This document shows, piece after piece, positions 1 to 10,832 of a stretch of DNA of 61,350 nt (within the stretch, counting starts at the first letter, position 1; the number at the start of each line of letters is the position of its first letter). The DNA is from SAR86 cluster bacterium (GTDB lineage Bacteria; Pseudomonadota; Gammaproteobacteria; Magnimaribacterales; TMED112). The notes beneath the pieces are model-generated. The model was not told where the DNA came from. It was given only the letters and a program-made list of their open reading frames with translations, and searched no databases. The stretch is from assembly GCA_004321845.1 (NCBI GenBank), contig SHBL01000001.1, forward strand, positions 1 through 61,350, in the 5' to 3' direction. Both the position numbers and the translations under genes were made by a program.

Positions 1-1176
1 TTGATGAGAAACAAAGGTGTAACCTTTTTTTGCATCTTCAAATTCTTTTTCCTGAAGTTTGACATAAGCTGTCATACCGTCTGCTACATATTCATTAGCT
101 AAGTTAAACATGCCGTGCCACATTGAATGTATACCAGCTAAAGTTATAAATTGAAATTTATAGCCCATTGCTCCAAGCTCTTTTTGGAACTTAGCAATAG
201 TTGCATCATCAAGATTCTTCTTCCAATTAAAAGAAGGTGAGCAGTTATATGCCAACATAATTTCTGGGTGGTCTTTCTTAATTGCTTCTGCAAAAGTTTT
301 AGCTTGTTCAAGATCTGGTTTAGACGTTTCACACCAAACAAGATCAGAATAGGGTGCATAAGCTAAGCCTCTAGAAATTGCTTGATCAAGACCTGCCTTG
401 CTTCTAAAAAAGCCTTCTGATGTTCTTTCGCCAGTTAAGAAAGGCTTATCATTTTCATCCACATCAGAAGTTACAAGATCTGCTGCATCAGCATCAGTAC
501 GTGCAATAAGAATAGTTGGAGTTCCTGAAACATCTGCTGCAAGCCTGGCTGCAACTAGTTTTTGTATTGCTTCTTGAGTAGGCACTAAAACTTTACCACC
601 AAGATGACCGCATTTCTTTACGCTTGCTAACTGGTCTTCGAAGTGAACGCCTGCAGCTCCTGCTGCTATCATTCTTTTCATCAATTCAAAGGCATTAAGG
701 TTTCCACCGAAACCTGCTTCAGCATCTGCAATAATTGGAGCGAAAAAATCAACTTTAGGATCTCCGTTAGAGCTCATCCATTCTATTTGATCTGCTCTTC
801 TAAAAGCATTATTAATTCTCGTGATAACTTTAGGTACTGAATCAACAGGATAGAGAGATTGATCTGGGTACATTGTGCCTGCTGAGTTATTATCAGCAGC
901 TACTTGCCACCCCGATAAATAAATTGCTTTTACTCCAGCTTTTACTTGTTGAACGGCTTGTCCACCCGTAAGTGCTCCTAGGCAATTTATGTAGTCTTCT
1001 GTGAACAGATAGTTCCAAAGTTTCTCAGCGCCTTTTCTTGCTAATGTACATTCAGGTTGCAAAGAACCTCTTAATTTGACAACTTCTTCTGCAGAATACG
1101 GTCTTTTCACGTGCTTCCATCTTGGGTTCTCAGCCCAATCTTTCTTTAAAGCAGTGACTTGATCACTTAAATTCAT
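1..1176 (-). CDS. aceA: isocitrate lyase, 3'-partial (runs off the window start)
   Basis: Absent from the ORF track because it has no in-window stop. My translation from the ATG at 1176 gives [40 protein letters not shown]... The in-frame ICL signature KKCGHLGGK is encoded at 592-618. The start abuts the aceB stop at 1177-1179. Confidence 0.9.
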   Translation of the reverse strand, partial: MNLSDQVTALKKDWAENPRWKHVKRPYSAEEVVKLRGSLQPECTLARKGAEKLWNYLFTEDYINCLGALTGGQAVQQVKAGVKAIYLSGWQVAADNNSAGTMYPDQSLYPVDSVPKVITRINNAFRRADQIEWMSSNGDPKVDFFAPIIADAEAGFGGNLNAFELMKRMIAAGAAGVHFEDQLASVKKCGHLGGKVLVPTQEAIQKLVAARLAADVSGTPTILIARTDADAADLVTSDVDENDKPFLTGERTSEGFFRSKAGLDQAISRGLAYAPYSDLVWCETSKPDLEQAKTFAEAIKKDHPEIMLAYNCSPSFNWKKNLDDATIAKFQKELGAMGYKFQFITLAGIHSMWHGMFNLANEYVADGMTAYVKLQEKEFEDAKKGYTFVSHQ

Positions 1177-2748
1177 TTATATACTCCTATATGCGGGCAG
1201 TGTGAGGAAATCAGTTAATTCGTCGCTCAAAACTAAATCTTTTAATAAAACTTTAGCTTCAACAAACTTACCTGAATTCAAAGAGTTTTGCCCAACCTCT
1301 TCTAAGACGATATTGTATTCTTCCTCTAATAGTTTTTCAAACGACTCCTTGGATGACACTAAACCGGTATCTAGCTTTACACTGTGCTTAACCCATTGCC
1401 AAAGAGAGCTTCTTGATATCTCAGCTGTAGCAGCATCTTCCATTAGACCATAAATTGGAACACACCCAACACCTCGCAACCAAGCTTCAATATATCTAAG
1501 CGATACGCGAATATTGGTTCTGAAGCATTCTTCAGTAAAACTGCCTGAACATGGTTCGATCAGATCATCTTGATTAATGACATCGTCCTCACGAAGAACA
1601 TGCAACTGGTTAGTTCTATCAAACTCGAATGCATTTGAAAAAACATTGTTAGCAATATCAGCAAGCCCAGGGTGAGCAATCCATGTGCCATCATGGCCAT
1701 TCTGAGTTTCAAGGGTTTTGTCGCTTAGAACTTTCTCGATTACAACTGCATTTTCATCAGAATCTTTTGAGGGTATTAGGGCAGCCATGCCCCCCATAGC
1801 AAATGCTCCTCTCTTATGACATGTTTTAATTAAAAGCCTTGAATATGCATTAAGGAATGGTTTATCCATGCCTACTTGATATCTGTCAGGAAGAAGTCTT
1901 GAACGATCATTTTGAAAAGTCTTAATGTAGCTGAAAATATAGTCCCACCTACCGCAATTTAATCCAACAATATGATCCTTAAGTTCATATAGTATTTCAT
2001 CCATTTCAAAAACTGCTGGCAATGTCTCTATAAGACAAGTGACCCTTACAGTTCCTCTAGGAAGATTTAGTTGGTCTTCAGCGTAATTAATCACCTCATT
2101 CCAATACCTTGCTTCCAAATGACTTTGTAATTTGGGGATATAAAAATATGGTCCTGAACCTCTATTAATAAGTTCCTTTGCATTATGAAAAAGATAATAG
2201 CCAAAGTCACATAGACAGCCTGGTGGATTAATGCCATTAATCTCTATGCCTTTTTCTAACAAATGTAAGCCTCTAACTCTACACATCAATACCGCTGTTT
2301 CATCGTTTAACTGATATTTTTTATCATTTGCAGGGTTTTCAAAGGTAATAGTCTTACGAACTGCGTCATGGAGATTTAATTGGCCGTTAGCTACGTTTTC
2401 CCATGTAGGGCTCAGAGAATCTTCAAAGTCAGCCATAAAAACTTTCACATCTGCATTCAGAGCATTTATAACCATTTTTCTCTCAACTGGTCCTGTAATC
2501 TCAACCCGCCTATCTTTTAAATCTTTCGGAATGTCCCTAACATGCCAATCAGAAGATCGAATGTCTTTGGTTTCATCTAAAAAATTTGGCAGTTTACCGG
2601 TATTAAATTCAGATTGTCTTTCTGCTCGTTTAGCTAATAAATCTTGAATTTTAGTTCCAAACTTACTGTGCAAGTCTTGCACAAATTTATTTGCTTCATC
2701 GGTGAAAATAATCTGTGTATTTTCAGGTATCTTAAAATTAAATTTCAT
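1177..2748 (-). CDS. aceB: malate synthase A
   Basis: 523 aa. Contains EITGPVERKMVINALNADVKVFMADFEDSLSPTW, typical of malate synthase A. The ATG overlaps the purB stop (TAATG). Confidence 0.92.
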   Translation of the reverse strand: MKFNFKIPENTQIIFTDEANKFVQDLHSKFGTKIQDLLAKRAERQSEFNTGKLPNFLDETKDIRSSDWHVRDIPKDLKDRRVEITGPVERKMVINALNADVKVFMADFEDSLSPTWENVANGQLNLHDAVRKTITFENPANDKKYQLNDETAVLMCRVRGLHLLEKGIEINGINPPGCLCDFGYYLFHNAKELINRGSGPYFYIPKLQSHLEARYWNEVINYAEDQLNLPRGTVRVTCLIETLPAVFEMDEILYELKDHIVGLNCGRWDYIFSYIKTFQNDRSRLLPDRYQVGMDKPFLNAYSRLLIKTCHKRGAFAMGGMAALIPSKDSDENAVVIEKVLSDKTLETQNGHDGTWIAHPGLADIANNVFSNAFEFDRTNQLHVLREDDVINQDDLIEPCSGSFTEECFRTNIRVSLRYIEAWLRGVGCVPIYGLMEDAATAEISRSSLWQWVKHSVKLDTGLVSSKESFEKLLEEEYNIVLEEVGQNSLNSGKFVEAKVLLKDLVLSDELTDFLTLPAYRSI

Positions 2749-4091
2749 TATTTAATTTCAGCTAGCTTTGCTGCTAAACCTATATATTTGCTGGGAGTTA
2801 AACCAATTAGTATTTTCTTGTATTCGTCGCTTTCTATAAGCTCTTCAACTGCTTTTAAATACATTTCCTTATCCATTTTTTTTCCTCTGGAAAGATGCTT
2901 TACTTGATCGTAACCATCTTTCTTGCCTTCAAGCCGCAGAAAGCTTTGTAATGCTTCTGTTAGCAACTCATATCTTTCTTCAAGATCGTTAGATATAACT
3001 TTTTTATCGGCTTCTAATTTATTAAGACCTTTCAGTGTTGAATTGATTGCAATTTCTACATATCCATAAGCTGTGCCAATGTTTCTCAATACAGTAGAGT
3101 CTGATAAATCCCTTTGAAGCCTAGAAACTGGAAGCTTTTCAGATAAATGGGAGAAAATAGCATTTGCTAGACCAATGTTGCCTTCTGCATTCTCAAAGTC
3201 AATTGGATTGACTTTGTGAGGCATGGTCGATGATCCCACTTCATCTTTGCTCATTTTTAAAGAGAAATAATCTAAAGAAATATATGTCCAAATATCTCTG
3301 TTCAAATCCAAAATTATCGTATTGAATCTTTGGATATTTTGGAAGAGTTCAGCCATATAGTCATGTGGTTCAATTTGAGTTGCAACAACTGTTAACTCAA
3401 TATCGAGGTGTTTTAAAAAAACCTTAGAATGCGATACCCAATCCTCACCAGGAAACGCTAAAAGATGAGGGTTATAGTTGGCTGTTGCTCCGCCCCATTT
3501 AGCGTAAAATTTTGACTTTAAAAGACTGGCATATTCTTTTTTGATTCTGGTTAGAAACACATTAATCTCTTTTCCAAGTGTAGTAGGGGAAGCTGGTTGA
3601 CCATGTGTTCTCGACATCATAGCTAAGTCTTTGTTTTTTTGAGCAAGAAGTTCTAATTCCTCTATTACTTGCTCTATCCAGCCCAATAGGCTGCCATGAG
3701 CTTGTTTTAACATCAGAGCATAACTAAGGCTGTTTATATCTTCTGAGGTTAAGAATATATGTATGACGCTTTGTACTTTCTCTGAATGCTTAAATTCTTC
3801 TGCAAGTGCTAGCTCAACAGCTTTTACATCATGGTTTGTAGTTTCTTCAATCTCTTTAACTCTTGCAATTAATGAATCTGGAATTGCTTTCAATAACTCA
3901 TCAATTTTTGAATTAGTTTCAGTGTCTTTTAGTTCGGGTTTAAAATTAGTTAAAAAATAGCTTAGCCATTCTATCTCTGCTATTAGTCTTGCTTTAATAA
4001 GTGCGTATTCAGAAAAATTTGCGCGTGATTTTTGGGTTTTTTCCCGATACCTACCGTCTAGTGGGGATAGATTATTAAGAGTGTCATTCAT
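2748..4091 (-). CDS. purB: adenylosuccinate lyase
   Basis: 447 aa. N-terminal LSPLDGRY motif and fumarate-lyase-family SSTMPHKVNP signature. Confidence 0.93.
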   Translation of the reverse strand: MNDTLNNLSPLDGRYREKTQKSRANFSEYALIKARLIAEIEWLSYFLTNFKPELKDTETNSKIDELLKAIPDSLIARVKEIEETTNHDVKAVELALAEEFKHSEKVQSVIHIFLTSEDINSLSYALMLKQAHGSLLGWIEQVIEELELLAQKNKDLAMMSRTHGQPASPTTLGKEINVFLTRIKKEYASLLKSKFYAKWGGATANYNPHLLAFPGEDWVSHSKVFLKHLDIELTVVATQIEPHDYMAELFQNIQRFNTIILDLNRDIWTYISLDYFSLKMSKDEVGSSTMPHKVNPIDFENAEGNIGLANAIFSHLSEKLPVSRLQRDLSDSTVLRNIGTAYGYVEIAINSTLKGLNKLEADKKVISNDLEERYELLTEALQSFLRLEGKKDGYDQVKHLSRGKKMDKEMYLKAVEELIESDEYKKILIGLTPSKYIGLAAKLAEIK

Positions 4092-5223
4092 AGACTTCGT
4101 AATTATACTCTCTATCTTCCGCCCAACTATAGTATTTCTTTGAAATTCTTTCCTTAATTACAGCTCCACCTAAACACTCTTCATTTTGGTAAATAACCGC
4201 AGATTGCCCAGGAGTAACTGCTGATACTGTTTCATGAAAATTGATCTTATTGCCTTTGGAAGTTTTGTAAATTGTTGCCTTGATCGGTTTTGATTGATAA
4301 CGAATTTGGACCTCACATGCCGAACCATTCACAAGTTCTGTATTTATCCAATGAACATCTTCGGTATAGCAACCCTCACTAAAGAGAAGGGGATTATCTC
4401 CACCCTGAACTACTGTGAGTTCATTATTTGACTGATCTTTGTGTGCAACATACCAAGAACTTTGCTCTCTACCTTTCACTCCCCCAATACCAATTCCTTG
4501 CCTTTGACCGAGGGTAAAATACATTAGTCCTTCGTGTTCACCTAATTTAATGCCGTTTTCATCTACGATTACTCCAGGTTTTCTGCCTAAAAAGTTTGAT
4601 ATGAAATCGTTGTAATTATTTTTTCCAATAAAACAAATTCCTACAGAATCTTTCTTATCAGCGTTAATTAATTTGTTATCATGCGCGATTGATCTAACTT
4701 GATCTTTTGTGAGCTCTCCAAGAGGGAAAATAGCTCTAGTTAGATCAGAACCTTTAACCTGATGTAAAAAATAGGACTGATCTTTTGAGCTGTCGACCCC
4801 TCTGAGCAATTTGATACTATTTTGGTTAGCATCAAGCCTTGCATAATGTCCAGTTGAAATATAGTCAGCACCAGTTTCTAAACAATAATCCAGAAAGGCA
4901 CCAAATTTTATTTCCTTATTGCAAAGGATATCAGGGTTAGGGGTTAAACCTTTGTGATGATCGGAAAGAAATTTTTTAAAAACTCTATCCCAATAATCAG
5001 ATGAAAAGTTTGCAAGATGCAAAGGTATACCAATTTGATCGCATACTTTCTCAGCATCTATGAAATCCTCTTCTGAGGTACATTCAATATTTGGAGCATT
5101 ATTAGTCCAATTCTTCATAAATATGCCTTGAACGTTGTATCCTGCTGATTTGAGAAGCAATGCTGTTACGGCTGAATCAACACCCCCTGATATGCCAACA
5201 ATCACTTTTTTTTGTTTTTTCAT
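4084..5223 (-). CDS. mnmA: tRNA 2-thiouridine(34) synthase MnmA
   Basis: PP-loop VIVGISGGVDSAV. I prefer the internal ATG at 5223 (MKKQKKVIV...) over the ORF-track start at 5274. Confidence 0.9.
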   Translation of the reverse strand: MKKQKKVIVGISGGVDSAVTALLLKSAGYNVQGIFMKNWTNNAPNIECTSEEDFIDAEKVCDQIGIPLHLANFSSDYWDRVFKKFLSDHHKGLTPNPDILCNKEIKFGAFLDYCLETGADYISTGHYARLDANQNSIKLLRGVDSSKDQSYFLHQVKGSDLTRAIFPLGELTKDQVRSIAHDNKLINADKKDSVGICFIGKNNYNDFISNFLGRKPGVIVDENGIKLGEHEGLMYFTLGQRQGIGIGGVKGREQSSWYVAHKDQSNNELTVVQGGDNPLLFSEGCYTEDVHWINTELVNGSACEVQIRYQSKPIKATIYKTSKGNKINFHETVSAVTPGQSAVIYQNEECLGGAVIKERISKKYYSWAEDREYNYEVYE

Positions 5224-5289
5224 ACTTATTGTCCAATGAGTCTTAATATTTAGTGTAAATGTAAGTATAATCAAGCCAAATTTTTAGCT

Positions 5290-6546
5290 ATGACATCATC
5301 AAAAATTAAACAACCAGCCCAAGGCGAAAAGATAACTTACAAAGATAATCAGTTAATTGTACCTGATAACCCGATTATTCCCTTTATAGAAGGTGATGGC
5401 ATTGGAGTAGATATAACACCTGTCATGATAGATGTTGTAAACGCAGCTGTAGCATCGGCATACGGTGGCAAGAAAAAAATAAGTTGGATGGAGATCTATT
5501 GTGGAGAAAAAGCAGTTGATGTTTACGGTAATGATGAATGGATGCCTCAAGAAACTCTTGATGCTTGCAAAGAATTCAATGTTTCAATCAAAGGCCCATT
5601 AACAACTCCAGTTGGTGGCGGTATTAGATCGTTGAACGTAGCTATCAGACAAAAACTTGATTTATATGTTTGCTTAAGACCTGTTAAGTATTTTGCTGGC
5701 ACGCCAAGTCCAGTGAAAAGACCAGATCTTGTTGATATGGTTATCTTTAGAGAGAACTCAGAAGATATTTATGCTGGGGTAGAGTTTGAAGCTAATACCG
5801 AAGAAGCAAAAAGATTAATAGGTATTTTGGGGAAAGAGTTTGGCGTTGAAAAGATTAGATTTACTGATAATTGCGGAATTGGTATTAAACCTGTTTCAGA
5901 AGAAGGCAGTAAAAGATTAATAAGAAAATCTTTTGAATATGCAATCCAAAATAATAGAGACTCAGTTTCTTTAATTCATAAGGGAAATATCCAAAAATTT
6001 ACTGAGGGTGCATTCAGAGATTGGGGCTATGAACTTGCTAGAGAAGAATTTGGAGGAAAACCATTAGATGGAGGGCCTTGGCATATTTTTAAGAACCCTA
6101 ATAATGGCAAAGATATAATTGTTAAAGATGTTATTTGTGATGCTTTTTTACAACAAATTTTGCATAGACCTGCTGAGTATGATGTTCTTGCTTCACCAAA
6201 TCTAAATGGTGACTACATCTCAGATGCTCTTGCAGCACAAGTGGGTGGAATTGGTATAGCTCCAGGAGCGAACTTGGGTGATACAACAGCTGTATTTGAA
6301 GCTACTCATGGAACAGCTCCAAAGTATGCAGGCCAAGATAAAGTCAATCCAGGCTCTCTAATTCTTTCAGCAGAGATGATGCTGAGGCATATGGGTTGGG
6401 TAGAAGCAGCTGACTTAATCATTAAGTCAATGGAGAAAACAATCCAGAAGAAAAAAGTTACCTATGACTTTGCAAGATTAATTGATGATGCAACAGAAGT
6501 AAGCTGTTCCGATTTTGGTAAACTATTAATCAAAAAATTTGATTAG
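5290..6546 (+). CDS. icd: NADP-dependent isocitrate dehydrogenase
   Basis: 418 aa. Length and motifs ([31 protein letters not shown]) match E. coli-type Icd. Confidence 0.93.
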   Translation: MTSSKIKQPAQGEKITYKDNQLIVPDNPIIPFIEGDGIGVDITPVMIDVVNAAVASAYGGKKKISWMEIYCGEKAVDVYGNDEWMPQETLDACKEFNVSIKGPLTTPVGGGIRSLNVAIRQKLDLYVCLRPVKYFAGTPSPVKRPDLVDMVIFRENSEDIYAGVEFEANTEEAKRLIGILGKEFGVEKIRFTDNCGIGIKPVSEEGSKRLIRKSFEYAIQNNRDSVSLIHKGNIQKFTEGAFRDWGYELAREEFGGKPLDGGPWHIFKNPNNGKDIIVKDVICDAFLQQILHRPAEYDVLASPNLNGDYISDALAAQVGGIGIAPGANLGDTTAVFEATHGTAPKYAGQDKVNPGSLILSAEMMLRHMGWVEAADLIIKSMEKTIQKKKVTYDFARLIDDATEVSCSDFGKLLIKKFD

Positions 6547-6550
6547 ATAA

Positions 6551-6874
6551 ATGGCACAAGATGAGTTTTCTACTGGAACAGTAGAGCTTGAAGAAGCAGA
6601 ACTAAAAGTCGATAAACCTCCACTTTTTACAGTAGTTATTTTCAATGATGACTTCACACCAATGGAGTTTGTTGTATATGTCATACAAAAGTTTTTTGGG
6701 TTTGATCATGCCAAATCCACTGAAATTATGCTTGAAGTTCATTCAAAAGGAAGAGGGTTCTGCGGTGCTTTCTCACAGGAAATAGCAGAAACAAAATCAC
6801 AACAAATTAATCAATTCGCCAAAGAAAATGAACATCCTTTAAAAACAGATATTGAAGAATTAGGAAAAGATTAG
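6551..6874 (+). CDS. clpS: ATP-dependent Clp protease adaptor ClpS
   Basis: 107 aa with the ClpS core FNDDFTPMEFVVYVIQKFF. Sits immediately upstream of clpA. Confidence 0.9.
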   Translation: MAQDEFSTGTVELEEAELKVDKPPLFTVVIFNDDFTPMEFVVYVIQKFFGFDHAKSTEIMLEVHSKGRGFCGAFSQEIAETKSQQINQFAKENEHPLKTDIEELGKD

Positions 6875-6887
6875 ATATATTAGATAT

Positions 6888-9110
6888 ATGCTTTCAAAAG
6901 ATTTAGAAAATACTCTCAATTTATTATTCAAAGAGTGCTCTGATAATAATGATGAATTTGTAACAATTGAACATCTTTTACTTGTTTTAACACAAGAAGA
7001 TTCATCGAGAAAAGTATTTGATCATTTGTCTATTGACATAGATAGCCTTCAAAAAGAAATTAAAGAATACATAAAAAAGAATGTGCCCAAAGCTACAGAT
7101 AATAAAGAAATACAGCCAACCTTAGCCTTCCAAAGAGTATTACAAAGAGCAATCTTTCACGTACAATCTAGTGGAAAGACTGAAGTAAATGGTGAAAATT
7201 TATTGGCTGCACTTTTTTCAGAGAAAGAGAGTTATGCAGTTTATATGCTTAGCAGAAGAAATATCTCTAGATTAGATGTCGTCGAATACATTTCACATGG
7301 TAAAAATACTGCTGTCGAAACTGAAGAAAATGTTGAGGAATCTCCCAAAGAGAGCGAAACACATCCTGAATTTTTAACAAACCTTAATAATCTCGCAAAA
7401 GATGGTGAAATCGATCCACTTATAGGTAGAACTGATACTCTAAACAGACTTTTTCAAGTTCTAGGCAGAAGAAGAAAGAATAATCCAATCCTAGTTGGTG
7501 AATCTGGTGTAGGTAAAACAGCTATTGCAGAGGGCCTTGCCAAATCAATAGCGGATGGTAAAGCCCCAGAAATATTTAAAGACTACCAAGTGATGTCTTT
7601 AGATGTCGGAAGTCTCGTCGCTGGAACAAAGTATCGTGGTGATTTTGAAAAGAAAATGAAATCTATGATGGATTATCTGAAGAAGACACAAAAAATAATA
7701 TTATTTGTAGACGAAATTCACACGATAATAGGAGCAGGATCAGCTTCAGGAGGAGCACTTGATGCTTCTAATCTACTAAAGCCAGCACTAGCTAGAGGAG
7801 ATATTAAATGTATTGGGGCAACAACATACAAAGAATATCGACAGATCTTTGAACGCAATAATTCGTTATCACGTAGATTCCAAAAAGTACAAATCGATGA
7901 ACCTACAACTGAAGAAGCAATACAGATCCTTGAAGGCTTAAAGAATAAGTTTGAGCATTACCATGGCATAACTTACTCAAAAGAAGCTCTTAAATCAGCA
8001 GTTGAGCTCTCTAATAAATACTTACAAGACTCTAAATTACCTGATAAAGCCATTGATCTAATCGATGAAGCTGGATCACAAAAGAAACTGTCAAAGTCCA
8101 AAGGCAAAATTATTAGAAAGTCAGACATTGAAAGCTTAATTTCTAAAATTACAAAAATTCCTGCAATGCAACTTAATGCTTCTAGCAAGGAAAATCTTAA
8201 TAATTTAGAAGGCAACCTAAAGTCTGTAATATTTGGTCAAGATCACGCTGTAGATGATGTTGTATCAGCAGTTAAGACCTCTAAAGCAGGTATTGGTAAT
8301 GATGAGAAGCCTATTTGCTCATTTCTTTTTACCGGTCCTACTGGAGTTGGTAAAACTGAACTTACAAAGCAATTAGCATTTTTCTTAGGAATTGAGTTTG
8401 TCAGACTTGATATGTCTGAGTTCATGGAGAAACATAGTATCTCAAAACTCATAGGATCACCTCCAGGATATGTTGGTTATGAACAGGGAGGGTATTTAAC
8501 AGAAGAAATCAATAAGAAGCCCCATTCTGTCTTACTTTTAGATGAAATCGAAAAGGCTCACCCAGACATATTCAATATACTCCTTCAAATCCTTGATTAC
8601 GGCAATTTAACTGACAGTAATGGCAGAAATATAAATTTCAAAAATACCATTATTGTAATGACCTCAAATACAGGAGCAGTAGAGGCTGAAGGAGAGTCTG
8701 TTGGTTTCATAGAGCAAGGCTCGGAAGATAAATTTGAAAAAGCAGTCTCAAAAGCGTTTGCCCCAGAGTTTAGAAATAGGCTTGATGGGATTATTAATTT
8801 CAATAGTCTCTCAAACAATAACCTAGAATCAGTAGTAAAAAAACTCATCATTGAAGTTGAAGCTAAACTCAATGAGAAGGGCATAGATATTGAGTTTAAC
8901 GATGATGTTATCAAATTAGTTTTAGACGAGGGATATGACTCAAAATTGGGTGCCAGACCTCTATCAAGAGCGGTCGATAAATTAATCAAAAAGCCAATAT
9001 CTACAATGCTTATTGAGGACTCTATAAAAAGAGGGAGTTCAGTTCAATTGACAGTAAAAAGTGGAAAAATCATCCTAAAAACTGTGAACAGAAAAGAGAA
9101 GATTACTTAG
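6888..9110 (+). CDS. clpA: ATP-dependent Clp protease ATP-binding subunit ClpA
   Basis: 740 aa with two AAA+ modules (GESGVGKT and GPTGVGKT Walker A motifs) and a Clp N domain. Confidence 0.93.
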   Translation: MLSKDLENTLNLLFKECSDNNDEFVTIEHLLLVLTQEDSSRKVFDHLSIDIDSLQKEIKEYIKKNVPKATDNKEIQPTLAFQRVLQRAIFHVQSSGKTEVNGENLLAALFSEKESYAVYMLSRRNISRLDVVEYISHGKNTAVETEENVEESPKESETHPEFLTNLNNLAKDGEIDPLIGRTDTLNRLFQVLGRRRKNNPILVGESGVGKTAIAEGLAKSIADGKAPEIFKDYQVMSLDVGSLVAGTKYRGDFEKKMKSMMDYLKKTQKIILFVDEIHTIIGAGSASGGALDASNLLKPALARGDIKCIGATTYKEYRQIFERNNSLSRRFQKVQIDEPTTEEAIQILEGLKNKFEHYHGITYSKEALKSAVELSNKYLQDSKLPDKAIDLIDEAGSQKKLSKSKGKIIRKSDIESLISKITKIPAMQLNASSKENLNNLEGNLKSVIFGQDHAVDDVVSAVKTSKAGIGNDEKPICSFLFTGPTGVGKTELTKQLAFFLGIEFVRLDMSEFMEKHSISKLIGSPPGYVGYEQGGYLTEEINKKPHSVLLLDEIEKAHPDIFNILLQILDYGNLTDSNGRNINFKNTIIVMTSNTGAVEAEGESVGFIEQGSEDKFEKAVSKAFAPEFRNRLDGIINFNSLSNNNLESVVKKLIIEVEAKLNEKGIDIEFNDDVIKLVLDEGYDSKLGARPLSRAVDKLIKKPISTMLIEDSIKRGSSVQLTVKSGKIILKTVNRKEKIT

Positions 9111-9321
9111 ATCTAAAAGTTATACGGCCCTTAGATAAATCATAAGGCGACATTTCAACAGTTACCTTATCCCCATTAAGAATACGAATGTAGTTTTTTC
9201 TCATTCTGCCTGAGATATGGGCTGTAATGACATGATCATTTTCAAGCTTCACTCTAAAAACAGTGTTAGGAAGGACCTCCATAACGGTCCCTTGCATTTC
9301 AATAGTATCTTTTCCTGCCAT
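9103..9321 (-). CDS. infA: translation initiation factor IF-1
   Basis: 72 aa; near-canonical IF-1 sequence ([28 protein letters not shown]...). Its 3' end overlaps the clpA 3' end by 8 nt. Confidence 0.95.
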   Translation of the reverse strand: MAGKDTIEMQGTVMEVLPNTVFRVKLENDHVITAHISGRMRKNYIRILNGDKVTVEMSPYDLSKGRITFRSK

Positions 9322-9371
9322 TGGTTGCCTATTTTACTAGGTTAGCTTTAAATGTCACTTAAATTGCCAAA

Positions 9372-9872
9372 ATGAATGATATTCAGATACATGATCTAAA
9401 AAAAGCTGATAAGGGAATTTTAAAAGAAATATTTAAAATAAATGAAGGCTATAACCCATTTTTAGGGCCTCTTGAGTCATTAGATAACCTAATTGAGCTA
9501 ATAAAAAGATCAAATTACAGTGTATTTCTTACTAACAAAGAGCAAATATGCGCTTTTCTAGTAAGTTTTAGAGAAAATTCATCATACCAATCAAAAAATT
9601 ATGAGTTCTTTAAAAATAGGTTTGAAAGATTCTTTTATATAGATCGTATTGGAGTCGTTGAAAGCTTTAAAAATCAAGGTTTAGGAACTTTTATATACAA
9701 TAAAATAGATGCTATTTGTATAAAAGATAAATTGCCAATTTGTGCAGAAGTAAATATCGTTCCAATAAATGAGGAATCAATAAAATTCCATGAAAAAATG
9801 GGATTTAAAAAGGTTTCTGAAGCTTATTCAAATTCAAATTATGGTGTGAGATACTATGAAAAATGTATGTAG
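9372..9872 (+). CDS. GNAT-family N-acetyltransferase (substrate unknown)
   Basis: 166 aa. Acetyl-CoA binding-type motif IGVVESFKNQGLGTFIY. No closer family recognised. Confidence 0.6.
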   Translation: MNDIQIHDLKKADKGILKEIFKINEGYNPFLGPLESLDNLIELIKRSNYSVFLTNKEQICAFLVSFRENSSYQSKNYEFFKNRFERFFYIDRIGVVESFKNQGLGTFIYNKIDAICIKDKLPICAEVNIVPINEESIKFHEKMGFKKVSEAYSNSNYGVRYYEKCM

Positions 9873-10336
9873 AAGCTAAAAAAACTTTTAAAAAAAATAG
9901 ATCTGAAATACTAGATGCCATTAGATTACCGAATAATCTAGAAAATTATCATCCATTTTGTAAAGAGAATAAGGTAGAAAAATGGCCAGGAAAAGGGTCT
10001 ATAGATTATGTTAAATATTTAAATGGGCTCAAATATCGCAGGGATTTCGTAAAATGGGATGAGAGCGGATATGTGTTAGATATAGGGGTAAAGAGTAAGG
10101 TGGCTAGAGTAAAATGGCTTGTAGAGGGAAATTCAACACAGTCATCGTTAAAAATTACAATAAATCCCAAGCTACCATATAAAAACAAAATAATAAGAAC
10201 AATTATGTGGCATATATATATTAAATATAGGTTACAAATTTATATAAATAACGTCGTAGAAGGTTTTGCTGATTATATTGATACCAAAGAGAGGGTTCCA
10301 ATGAATAAATACGGCAAACATCCATGGTTTTCTTAA
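9863..10336 (+). CDS. hypothetical protein (orphan)
   Basis: 157-aa ORF overlapping the GNAT stop by 10 nt. No recognisable motif; coding status rests on ORF length and coupling only. Confidence 0.4.
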   Translation: MYVEAKKTFKKNRSEILDAIRLPNNLENYHPFCKENKVEKWPGKGSIDYVKYLNGLKYRRDFVKWDESGYVLDIGVKSKVARVKWLVEGNSTQSSLKITINPKLPYKNKIIRTIMWHIYIKYRLQIYINNVVEGFADYIDTKERVPMNKYGKHPWFS

Positions 10337-10832
10337 AACCAAAAATATTATGTTAAATAAATTTATCTACAATATTTAACAATTACTTTATAACCCTACA
10401 GAATAAGCTTTACAGTGGTTCTATATAATACATTTTAATCATATATATATTTAACATAATATATATTATGCGAAGTTATATGGGTGTGGATAAAAGTGTG
10501 GAAAAAGTTGGTAACCTCCCCCATAAAATTTAGATAGAATTTTCGATTTGTAAAAGTTAATAAAAAGTAATGTGGGGAAAAAATATAAAACTATAAAAAT
10601 TTGAAATTTTTTTAAAAAAAATAAAATTATTCTGATTTTTAAAAAAAACATACTTTCAATTTCTTCGTATAAAGTGATTTATTCATTGATAGTCGACTAC
10701 TATCTCTATTTTTATAAAATCTTCTTTAAAATGGACTTTAGGGCCCTATTTTCAATTTTTTATAAAATTGGAACAATTTTTACTAATTTTTATATTAATA
10801 TTGGATTTACTTACTCAAATATTGGATTTTTT

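Noticed and set aside
5224-5274. Longer ORF-track starts for mnmA (5274), fabG (28674), recO (34454), trmD (59892), nrdA (43816) and MORN (50449).
   Set aside because: In each case an internal ATG aligns with the conserved N-terminus of the family and removes an otherwise unnecessary overlap with the upstream gene.
10337-10832. Chromosomal replication origin (oriC), suggested by the AT-rich tract plus DnaA boxes.
   Set aside because: There are only two strong boxes. No dnaA, gidA/mioC or rpmH lies nearby. Most genes to the right, including ribosomal and other essential operons, are on the minus strand and would be head-on to a fork leaving this site. I kept it as a DnaA-box cluster of unknown role.
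10674-10832. GTG-initiated N-terminal extension of the M14 peptidase ORF (53 extra residues).
   Set aside because: The extension is Phe/Tyr/Ile low-complexity translation of AT-rich spacer. A canonical signal peptide starts at the ATG at 10833.
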